Shown here: positions 1 to 6,484 of the stretch, piece by piece | Layout of the letters: each line of letters begins with the position of its first letter | How positions within the stretch are numbered: position 1 is the stretch's first letter | Source: an uncultured Gammaproteobacteria bacterium | GTDB lineage: Bacteria > Patescibacteriota > Patescibacteriia > UBA1544 | Assembly (NCBI GenBank): GCA_964652585.1 | Contig: CAZZDA010000033.1 | Coordinates: forward strand, 1-11,748 | Reading direction: 5' to 3' | DNA: 11,748 nucleotides | Program-made: the position numbers and the translations under genes | The notes under the pieces: model-generated | Database searches by the model: none | Seen by the model: only the letters and a program-made list of their open reading frames with translations | Told to the model about the DNA's origin: nothing

Positions 1-266
1 TCTCTTTAGCATACAAATGGTAGTATACCAGATTGTTTGCTAGTCTAGAGCCTTCGGTATTACAGCGGCGGGAAAAAGATAGAATCAATGGCGTATGATC
101 AACCTCTTACTGAATCAGCTTATATCATTATGTCAAAGCCATTCTATAATGTTGCCAACTTCCCTCCGGTAATAGCGGAACGATTGTATATTGTGTATGA
201 AGGGGAGTCAATTATTTTACTCCGTTTTGATTATTAAGACGAATAATGATATTGTAAAGAGAGAAT

Positions 267-1259
267 ATGTCATATCTCGTAAAAAACATTTTAGCAAAGG
301 ATATTGCAACAGCCGCAACACGCTCTGGTTTTGGCGAGGGTTTGGTTGAAGCTGCGAAAAAGAACAAAAATATTGTAGGATTGTGCGGCGATCTGACCGA
401 ATCTACCAAAATGGATGCGTTTGCAAAAGCATATCCTGAACGTTTTATTGAATGCGGGGTGGCTGAGCAAAATATGGCAGGAGTAGCGGCAGGACTCGCT
501 CTTACCGGTAAAATTCCTTTTATGGCGAGCTATGCCGCTTTTTCCCCGGGAAGAAACTGGGGTCAAATACGCGTGTCGGTATGTTATCAGAATGCTAATG
601 TGAAGATCGTTGGGTCACATGCAGGACTTTCAGTAGGGCCGGACGGCGCGACACATCAAGCATTGGAAGATATCGCGCTCACACGCGTGCTGCCCAATAT
701 GACCGTGGTAGTGCCGTGCGATAAAGAACAGGCCAAATATGCCACACTCGCTCTAGCGGCGCACAAAGGTCCTGCATATCTGCGATTAACGCGCAGTGAT
801 ACGCCTGTCTTTACGACATTAAAAACACCTTTTATACTTGGAAAGATAGATACCTATAGAAAAGGAAGAGATATCACACTTATTGCCGCAGGACCCATAC
901 TTTATGAAGCGCTCTATGCCGCGGAATTGCTTTCACAGCGTTATAAGATAGAGGCGCGCGTACTCAATTGCCACACCATTAAGCCGCTAGATGCAGCTAC
1001 TCTCACTCGTGCCGCGCGTGAAACCGGAGCTATCGTCATCGTAGAAGAACATCAAATTGCCGGCGGTTTGGGGAGTGCCGTTGCGGAAGCGGTGAGTGAG
1101 AGCACTCCTGTCCCTATAAAGCGAGTAGGTGTGAAGGATAGTTTTGGAGAGTCGGGAAAATCGGAAGAATTGATGAAAAAGTACAAATTAACAAGAGGAG
1201 AAATTGTACAGCAAGCGCTGAAAGCTATAAACATGAAGCATAAAACTCATAACTCATAA
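267..1259 (+). CDS. Transketolase C-terminal subunit of a split transketolase (pyrimidine-binding and C-terminal domains)
   Basis: The 330-aa ORF begins 'MSYLVKNILAKDIATAATRSGFGEGLVEAA...' and contains 'ECGVAEQNMAGVAAGLALTG' and 'GPDGATHQALEDIALTRVLPNMTVVVPCD', which are typical of this subunit. No N-terminal (TPP-binding) subunit lies upstream, because positions 1-266 are closed in all three plus-strand frames. Only a weak purine-rich ribosome-binding site ('aagagagaat') precedes the ATG. Confidence 0.88.
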   Translation: MSYLVKNILAKDIATAATRSGFGEGLVEAAKKNKNIVGLCGDLTESTKMDAFAKAYPERFIECGVAEQNMAGVAAGLALTGKIPFMASYAAFSPGRNWGQIRVSVCYQNANVKIVGSHAGLSVGPDGATHQALEDIALTRVLPNMTVVVPCDKEQAKYATLALAAHKGPAYLRLTRSDTPVFTTLKTPFILGKIDTYRKGRDITLIAAGPILYEALYAAELLSQRYKIEARVLNCHTIKPLDAATLTRAARETGAIVIVEEHQIAGGLGSAVAEAVSESTPVPIKRVGVKDSFGESGKSEELMKKYKLTRGEIVQQALKAINMKHKTHNS

Positions 1260-1268
1260 CTCATAACC
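1239..1268 (+). repeat. Heptanucleotide tandem repeat, about three copies of CTCATAA after a GCATAAA partial copy, spanning the stop codon of the transketolase-C gene
   Basis: The sequence 'cataaaactcataactcataactcataacc' can be read directly. The TAA stop at 1257-1259 falls inside the repeat and the encoded tail is '...MKHKTHNS*'. Confidence 0.8.
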
Positions 1269-1309
1269 TTTTCTGTGTTATGGGTTCCAAGTTCTAAGCT
1301 GCGAGAACT

Positions 1310-2290
1310 ATGTACGATATTATAACCATTGGCGATACCACGCTTGATACGTTTATGCGGATTCCGCGTGGAAGTGCCGAGCGCGTCAACAAAAATAATG
1401 CATACCAACTTTGCGTTCCGTTTGGCGACAAAGTTCCCATAGATTACTGCAAGCAGTCGACAGGAGGTAATGCGGCAAATGTGGCTGTCGGTTCGGTACA
1501 GCTAGGACTTAAGACGGCTATTTATACGGTTTTGGGTAGCGGTTATATTGGAAAGCTTGCACACGAACAACTCGTGACAAGAGGGGTGGCGGAAAGATTG
1601 ATAATACATCAAAGAAACAGCAGAACGAATGCGGCAACCATTCTCAACTATAAAGGCGAGCGAACGATTTTTTCCTTCCATGAGGAAAGAGCATATACCT
1701 TGCCAAAACTGCAAAAAACAGCATGGATATATCTCACCTCGGTTGGTAAAAATTTTCAAACACTCTATCGCGATGTGCTGGTGCAAGCCCGATATCAAAA
1801 AGCGAAGATTGTACTCAATCCTGGGTCCCGACAAATAGCAATGGGTATAAAAACACTTGCAAAAACACTGAGTGGCGTTGAAGTGCTCGTGCTGAATCAA
1901 CAAGAAGCCGAAAAACTTGTTGGCAAAAAGCCAAAAGACCTGTTGCTTTGTAAGGCACTTGCGCGATATGGACCCAAAGTAGTGGTGCTTACCGATGGAC
2001 TCAAAGGAACGCTGCTTTATGATGGTGAGCGGTTGCTTCACTGCGGAATATATCGTGTGAAAACAATTGCGCAAACAGGGGCAGGAGACGCATTTTCCGC
2101 AGGATTTGTCGCCGCACTTGCTAATGGGCATACACTTGAGGATGCGTTGCACTGGGGCGCGGCAAATGCTGCGTCGGTGGTGCAACAGATTGGTGCTCAA
2201 GAAGGTTTGTTAAGTGCGCGGAATATGGAGAACTTTTTTCGTACACATCAAATGCCGAAGATCACAAAACACAAAACACATAACACATAA
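1310..2290 (+). CDS. PfkB-family carbohydrate or nucleoside kinase (ribokinase-like)
   Basis: The 326-aa ORF starts 'MYDIITIGDTTLD'. It has an N-terminal GG motif context ('STGGNAANVAVG') and the C-terminal anion-hole/ATP motif 'TGAGDAFSAGFVAAL', both characteristic of the ribokinase/PfkB superfamily. Confidence 0.85.
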   Translation: MYDIITIGDTTLDTFMRIPRGSAERVNKNNAYQLCVPFGDKVPIDYCKQSTGGNAANVAVGSVQLGLKTAIYTVLGSGYIGKLAHEQLVTRGVAERLIIHQRNSRTNAATILNYKGERTIFSFHEERAYTLPKLQKTAWIYLTSVGKNFQTLYRDVLVQARYQKAKIVLNPGSRQIAMGIKTLAKTLSGVEVLVLNQQEAEKLVGKKPKDLLLCKALARYGPKVVVLTDGLKGTLLYDGERLLHCGIYRVKTIAQTGAGDAFSAGFVAALANGHTLEDALHWGAANAASVVQQIGAQEGLLSARNMENFFRTHQMPKITKHKTHNT

Positions 2291-2295
2291 CACGG
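2263..2295 (+). repeat. Heptanucleotide tandem repeat (CACAAAA x2, CACATAA x2, then CACGG) spanning the stop codon of the PfkB kinase gene
   Basis: The sequence 'cacaaaacacaaaacacataacacataacacgg' can be read directly. The encoded tail is '...KITKHKTHNT*', which parallels the tail of the upstream gene. Confidence 0.8.
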
Positions 2296-2305
2296 AACAT
2301 ATGTC

Positions 2306-2338
2306 ATTCCCGCGCAAGCGAGAATCCATTCTTTTCTT
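2306..2338 (+). terminator. Possible intrinsic terminator after the PfkB kinase gene
   Basis: An 8-bp stem 'attcccgc'/'gcgagaat' (one mismatch) closes a GCAA (GNRA) tetraloop and is followed by the T-rich tract 'ccattcttttctt'. Confidence 0.4.
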
Positions 2339-2407
2339 GATTTGTAATTCTTTGTCATTCCACATTCGTGTTTTTAACAACTGTTCAGTGAATTTATATT
2401 TGCTATT

Positions 2408-2860
2408 ATGCAATCAAAAAATCACGTCAAAATGGAGTATAATCAAATAACATCCTACATCTTCTTGGGTACGAATCAGTGCTGTGGCGTGCATTTTGGC
2501 AAGCTGATCAAACTTGGTGTGGACGCGGATGTGGATTTGGAAGGTGTGCAGCGTAAGGAGCGCCCGCATAAAACCGCTATGTATGTGTGGCTTCCGACGC
2601 GCGATAAGACAGCGCCAACGCAAGCGCAGCTTTTAGTAGGTGCAAAGTTTTTGAAAGGCTGTGTACTTTCACGCACCAAGGTGTATGTGCATTGCAAATA
2701 CGGTCATGGACGTTCGCCAACGCTCGTGGCGGCATATTTTATACTTGTTGGGCTAAGCGTAGAGCAGGCGCTTGAGAAAATCAAGGAAAAACGACCGGAA
2801 ATTCATCTCACACCTACTCAGATACAAGCGCTCAAACGTTTTGTAAAGTATTTGCGGTAG
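2408..2860 (+). CDS. Dual-specificity (Tyr/Ser/Thr) protein phosphatase with a CX5R active site
   Basis: The 150-aa ORF contains the catalytic P-loop 'VHCKYGHGRSPT' (HCxxGxxRS/T) and a 'YIFLG' N-terminal motif typical of DSP/PTP-like phosphatases. The start could be ATG 2408 or the in-frame ATG 2432 ('MEYNQITSYIFLG'). Neither has a clear Shine-Dalgarno sequence. Confidence 0.8.
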   Translation: MQSKNHVKMEYNQITSYIFLGTNQCCGVHFGKLIKLGVDADVDLEGVQRKERPHKTAMYVWLPTRDKTAPTQAQLLVGAKFLKGCVLSRTKVYVHCKYGHGRSPTLVAAYFILVGLSVEQALEKIKEKRPEIHLTPTQIQALKRFVKYLR

Positions 2861-2878
2861 TAGCCGGCGGTACTGAAT

Positions 2879-2910
2879 AAAAAACCAAGCATAAAATACT
2901 TGGTTTTCTG
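2879..2910 (+). terminator. Rho-independent terminator for the phosphatase gene, possibly bidirectional
   Basis: A perfect 9-bp stem 'aaaaccaag'/'cttggtttt' with the loop 'cataaaata' is followed by 'ctgttgttt'. The flanking A/T runs would let it work on either strand. Confidence 0.65.
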
Positions 2911-2969
2911 TTGTTTGACGGTTTCCGGCTTTCGGCGCCCGGCCTTCGGAATGAGTTATCCACTGGACA

Positions 2970-3018
2970 ACACAACATCTTGTGGTATACTCCTTGTGGA
3001 TACCACTATATATTGTGT
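2970..3018 (+). promoter_or_regulatory. Two NrdR-box-like 16-bp near-palindromes flanking a TATACT -10-like hexamer upstream of nrdJ
   Basis: Box 2 at 3003-3018 ('ccactatatattgtgt') matches 15 of 16 positions of the published NrdR-box consensus acaCwAtATaTwGtgt. Box 1 at 2970-2985 ('acacaacatcttgtgg') matches about 13 of 16. Box starts are 33 bp apart, about three helical turns. A TATACT hexamer sits between them at 2986-2991. The nrdJ ATG follows at 3049. Confidence 0.5.
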
Positions 3019-3048
3019 TCATCATTTTTTAATAATCTTATTTTCCTT

Positions 3049-5406
3049 ATGATACCGGGACAGAACAAACAAGAACTTGACCAAAAAACCTTAACATGGT
3101 TTGAGGGCGATGAGTTGCGAGCTCGCGTCTATCAAGAAAAATACGCTCTGAAAGACATGAGCGGCGATCGTGTAGAATCTCTTCCAACCGAGATGTGGCG
3201 GCGCGTGGCGCATGAGATAGCGACGGCTGAGAATATCTCTGACAAGCAAAAAGAATGGGAAGAAAATTTTTATTGGCTTTTGGAGGATTTTCGTTTTGTG
3301 CCGGGGGGTAGAATTCTCTTTGGTGCGGGACAAGAGCGTAAAACAACGCTACTCAATTGTTATGTAATCCCAATGAAGACAGACTCCATTGAGAGTATTT
3401 TTGATTGGTGCAAAGAAGCCGCGCGCACTTATAGTTATGGAGGCGGTGTCGGCGGTGACATCGGTGTTTTAAGACCAAAAGGCGCGCCTGTTAATAATTC
3501 AGCCATTGTTTCTACCGGCTCGGTGTCTTTTATGGATGTTATGTCGGTAACAACCGGCACCATCGGGCAGGCCGGCAGGCGCGGAGCGCTTATGATCACC
3601 ATGCCGGTTGATCATCCTGATATTGAAGAATTTATTATGGTGAAGCGTAATTTGGATAAAGTGCGCTTTGCCAATATTTCGGTGCGCGTCACGGATGAGT
3701 TTATGGAAGCGGTTGAGAATGATACCGATTTTGAGCTGAAGTTTGTCAACAAAAAGGTTGATGTGCGGAAAACCATACGCGCGCGTGATCTTTGGGAGAC
3801 CTTGGTTGAATCTGCGCATGGACACGCAGAGCCCGGACTTCTTTTTTGGAGCCAGATGGAGAAATATTCTACCACACAATATAATGGCATGGAAATTCTT
3901 TCTACCAATCCTTGTTCGGAAATTCCGCTTGACCCATACGGTTGTTGCTGTTTGGGGAGCTTGAATTTGGCAAAATTTGTAAATAATCCTTTTATGAGCG
4001 ATGCGGGACTTGATTGGGATCGAATGGAAAAGGCGTTACGATACGGCACTCGCTTTTTAGATAATGTATTGACTTACAATGAAGATAAGCACGCGTTGGA
4101 AGAACAAAAACTCGCCTCGCGACGCTCACGCCGTATCGGTGTTGGTTTTATGGGTCTTGGCGATATGCTCATTCAGCTAAAACTCAAATACGATTCTGAA
4201 GAAGCAATTGCGTTTATTGATACGCTTTTTGATTGGATGAAGAATATTGTCTATGACGAGAGTGTGAATTTAGCTCAAGAAAAAGGCACATTTGAAGCGT
4301 GGGATAAAGAGAAGCACATGAGCCAACCGTTTTTACAAGAACGAGTACATGCAAAAGTGCTTGCGCGCATAGAGCAGCACGGTCTTCGCAATGCCGCGCT
4401 TCTCACCATTCCTCCAACAGGGAGTATTGCCATGCTTGCCGGAACCACTTCCGGTGTTGAGCCGATATTCGCGCTGTCCTATACGCGCAGATCCGAATCG
4501 CTCTCACAGGAATTTTTTAAAGTCTATCATCCGCTTGTCAAACAGTATATGGAGCAGGAAGGATTGGAGGACGAAGAACAGTTGCCGGAATTTTTTGTTA
4601 CTTCGCATCAAATTGATCCTTATATGCGAGTGAAGATGCAGGCTGCCATGCAGAAACACATTGATCATGCAATTTCTTCTACCATCAATTTACCGGAAGA
4701 TATCAGCGTAGAAGAGGTAAAAAATATTTATTTCCAAGCTTGGAAGCTCGGGTGCAAGGGTATGACAGTATATCGTGAAGGATCGCGCGAGGGTATTTTA
4801 CTGACTGATGAGAAAGTCGCGGAGCAGGAGAAAGGAACAGAAGAGGTACAAGTAGAAGCGCCATCCGCGGTACAAGAGGAAACACATTTGCATCTTGAGG
4901 ATATGGGCAATGGAAAAGGTAAAGGTCAGGTGACGAATGACCAAGAGATATTTGACAGGGACGATCACTTGGTGCTCACGGGGAAAACAGCGAAATTTAA
5001 AATGCAGCAAGGGAGTATTTATATTACAGCAAATCACAACAGCCGTTCAGATCAACTGCAAGAAGTGTTTGTAACTATTGGTAAATCAGGAAGTGAAGAA
5101 AAAGCGTATGCGGACGCTATAGGAAGATTGATCAGCCTCTACCTGCAGCACGGCGGCGGTACGGAAGAGGTGGTACATACGCTCAAAGGCATTAAGGGAC
5201 GATATAATAGCTGGTATCAAGGAAGGCAGCTGCACTCGGTACCGGATGCGGTGGCAAAAGCATTGGAAATGTTTGAACAGAGCGCGACGCCTGTGCGTGA
5301 GACATCTCCGCTTTTTGAGATATGTCCGAAATGTGATCAGCAAAGCGTGGTCAGCGAGAATGGCTGTTATAATTGTAAGAGTTGCGGGTATACCAAGTGT
5401 GAGTGA
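3049..5406 (+). CDS. nrdJ: Class II adenosylcobalamin-dependent ribonucleotide reductase (NrdJ)
   Basis: The predicted protein is 785 aa from the ATG at 3049 ('MIPGQNKQELDQKTLTWFEGDELRARVYQEKYALKD...'). It carries a glycine-rich 'SYGGGVGGD' motif, the active-site region 'NPCSEIPLDPYGCCCLGSLNL', and a C-terminal Cys-rich zinc-ribbon-like tail 'CPKCDQQ...CYNCKSCGYTKC', all typical of NrdJ. The ORF track begins at a TTG at 2911, but that extension overlaps the upstream terminator and regulatory sites and is not conserved-looking. Confidence 0.9.
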   Translation: MIPGQNKQELDQKTLTWFEGDELRARVYQEKYALKDMSGDRVESLPTEMWRRVAHEIATAENISDKQKEWEENFYWLLEDFRFVPGGRILFGAGQERKTTLLNCYVIPMKTDSIESIFDWCKEAARTYSYGGGVGGDIGVLRPKGAPVNNSAIVSTGSVSFMDVMSVTTGTIGQAGRRGALMITMPVDHPDIEEFIMVKRNLDKVRFANISVRVTDEFMEAVENDTDFELKFVNKKVDVRKTIRARDLWETLVESAHGHAEPGLLFWSQMEKYSTTQYNGMEILSTNPCSEIPLDPYGCCCLGSLNLAKFVNNPFMSDAGLDWDRMEKALRYGTRFLDNVLTYNEDKHALEEQKLASRRSRRIGVGFMGLGDMLIQLKLKYDSEEAIAFIDTLFDWMKNIVYDESVNLAQEKGTFEAWDKEKHMSQPFLQERVHAKVLARIEQHGLRNAALLTIPPTGSIAMLAGTTSGVEPIFALSYTRRSESLSQEFFKVYHPLVKQYMEQEGLEDEEQLPEFFVTSHQIDPYMRVKMQAAMQKHIDHAISSTINLPEDISVEEVKNIYFQAWKLGCKGMTVYREGSREGILLTDEKVAEQEKGTEEVQVEAPSAVQEETHLHLEDMGNGKGKGQVTNDQEIFDRDDHLVLTGKTAKFKMQQGSIYITANHNSRSDQLQEVFVTIGKSGSEEKAYADAIGRLISLYLQHGGGTEEVVHTLKGIKGRYNSWYQGRQLHSVPDAVAKALEMFEQSATPVRETSPLFEICPKCDQQSVVSENGCYNCKSCGYTKCE

Positions 5407-5420
5407 CGTTCGCACTACCT

Positions 5421-5552
5421 GTTTCAAAGGCACGTTACAATCCCCAGCGAGAATTTTCACTCTCGTGTATCCTCATTCCTCTCCGACTATCCGCCAGCTG
5501 GCGGAATCGGAGAGACCATGCTCATTTCGGATACACGACGGCCTTTGAAAAC
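5421..5552. other. Nested-helix element about 130 nt long, 15 nt after the nrdJ stop: a candidate structured RNA (3'-UTR element or riboswitch-like) or a MITE-like inverted-repeat element
   Basis: Five stems are visible in the sequence. A long-range closing helix pairs 5421-5431 'gtttcaaaggc' with 5542-5552 'gcctttgaaac' (11 bp) and adds 3 more bp (5433-5435 with 5538-5540) after a single mismatch. Inside it lie a hairpin 5448-5452/5461-5465 ('cgaga'...'tctcg'), the stem 5466-5472/5529-5535 ('tgtatcc'/'ggataca'), the stem 5479-5486/5507-5514 ('ctctccga'/'tcggagag'), and the apical 14-nt palindrome 5491-5504 'ccgccagctggcgg'. No ORF of significance covers it. Confidence 0.35.
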
Positions 5553-5696
5553 AGTAAAGCTCACTAGAAGTGAATAAAAAAATCACACAACTCCGAACGG
5601 CTCTTACAAATATATAACTCACTAAAAATACAAAAAAGTAAAATCCTTGTCGTGCCGAAAAAGGTAAAACAGAAGTAAAAAAGCTGCAGCCGCTTG

Positions 5697-5736
5697 CCCC
5701 GTACCAAACAAAGTGAAACAAAGCTTTGGTACGGGG
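5697..5736. repeat. Perfect 12-bp inverted repeat (hairpin) with a 16-nt loop, followed by a second 8-bp hairpin at 5760-5782
   Basis: The stem 'ccccgtaccaaa' (5697-5708) pairs with 'tttggtacgggg' (5725-5736). The second hairpin pairs 'cacccctc' with 'gaggggtg' across the loop 'ccaaaaa'. Neither is followed by a clean T-run, so they are not classical terminators. Confidence 0.5.
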
Positions 5737-5793
5737 TAACAAAACAGATATTCCCTTGGCACCCCTCCCAAAAAGAGGGGTGTTGTGGGAAAA

Positions 5794-5823
5794 GAGTTAA
5801 CTCTTGAATTAACTCTAGAGTTA
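5794..5823. promoter_or_regulatory. Two TTAA-centred palindromes (candidate operator) overlapping a putative pduO promoter
   Basis: A perfect 12-bp palindrome 'agagttaactct' lies at 5794-5805 and a perfect 14-bp palindrome 'taactctagagtta' at 5810-5823. They share the half-site AGAGTTAA/TTAACTCT and are 4 bp apart. A -35-like TTGAAT (5804-5809) and a -10-like TAAGTA (5826-5831) fall within or next to them. The pduO ATG is at 5843. Confidence 0.4.
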
Positions 5824-5842
5824 CATAAGTATTTCTTTAGGT

Positions 5843-6394
5843 ATGTCTATCTACACAAAAACAGGAGATAAAGGAGAGACGGGATTGACTGGTGGAAAAC
5901 GTGTATCAAAGCGTAGCTGCAACATCGCGGCGATCGGTACGGTTGATGAGCTAAACGCTATGTTGGGTGTTGCGCGTACACATGCGGGTGATAGCACAAT
6001 AGCGGAGCTGCTTAAAAAAATACAAAACGATTGTTTTGTATTGGGCGCTGACTTGGCAGCCCCCTTGGAATTGAAAGACAAAGTTACGCCGCGTATTACA
6101 CAGGAGCATATCAAATTTCTTGAAGAGCAGATTAACGCATTTTCCAAAGACTTACCGGAGCTCAATCATTTTATACTACCAGGTGGCAATATGCTTGGTG
6201 CGCATCTGCATCTAGCACGTGCAGTCTGCCGTCGTGCAGAGCGAAAAGTTGTTGCTTTTGAAAAACAAGAACGCATCAATCCTTTGAATAAAATGTATTT
6301 GAACCGTCTTTCCGACCTTCTTTTTACACTTGCACGTTGGGTAAATTTGCAAGAGGGGGTAAAAGAAGAAGAGTGGAATACCCCCCTTCGCTAA
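5843..6394 (+). CDS. pduO: ATP:cob(I)alamin adenosyltransferase, PduO type (MMAB family)
   Basis: The 183-aa ORF starts 'MSIYTKTGDKGETGLTGGKRVSK', the hallmark PduO-type N-terminus (Cob_adeno_trans fold), and its length and helical-bundle composition are typical of the family. Confidence 0.88.
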   Translation: MSIYTKTGDKGETGLTGGKRVSKRSCNIAAIGTVDELNAMLGVARTHAGDSTIAELLKKIQNDCFVLGADLAAPLELKDKVTPRITQEHIKFLEEQINAFSKDLPELNHFILPGGNMLGAHLHLARAVCRRAERKVVAFEKQERINPLNKMYLNRLSDLLFTLARWVNLQEGVKEEEWNTPLR

Positions 6395-6438
6395 AGCTAT
6401 GGAGGGGTTGTGTCATACTATAAATAAAGATGAGGCAC

Positions 6439-6473
6439 AAAAAAAACGGCTTGATGTTTTATATCTTGCCGTT
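6439..6473 (-). terminator. Rho-independent terminator for the minus-strand Cys-rich gene
   Basis: On the minus strand the stem 'aacggc'/'gccgtt' (plus-strand 6445-6450 and 6468-6473) with a 17-nt loop is followed by a U8 run, which is the complement of the A8 run at 6439-6446. Confidence 0.5.
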
Positions 6474-6484
6474 CGGGAAAAGCA

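Noticed and set aside
1502-2200. Long antisense ORFs inside coding genes (1502-2200 minus, 3499-4049 minus, 5086-5460 minus, 10210-10650 minus, 9694-9927 minus, among others)
   Set aside because: They lie wholly within well-supported genes on the opposite strand. Their Cys/Phe/Leu-rich, low-complexity translations have no expression signals and are typical of shadow ORFs.
2911-3048. N-terminal extension of nrdJ from the TTG at 2911 (ORF track start)
   Set aside because: The extension overlaps the upstream terminator hairpin and the NrdR-box-like sites. Its sequence ('MFDGFRLSAPGLRNELSTGQHNILWYTPCGYHYILCSSFF') looks like a translated regulatory region rather than protein, and the conserved NrdJ N-terminus begins at the ATG at 3049.
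5478-5520. Possible cobalamin riboswitch B12-box ('tcggagagaccatgc') between nrdJ and pduO
   Set aside because: It only superficially resembles the B12-box consensus (rAGYCMGgAgaCCkGCc). The other conserved cobalamin-riboswitch elements (GCCACUG, the GGUG...AAUCC junction) are absent, and the local helices do not reproduce the riboswitch's four-way junction.
5246-5742. ORFs 5246-5548 (plus strand) and 5473-5742 (minus strand) in the nrdJ-pduO gap
   Set aside because: The first overlaps the nrdJ 3' end out of frame. The second starts inside a perfect hairpin and runs through the nested-helix element. Neither has a ribosome-binding site, so the region is better explained as non-coding structure.
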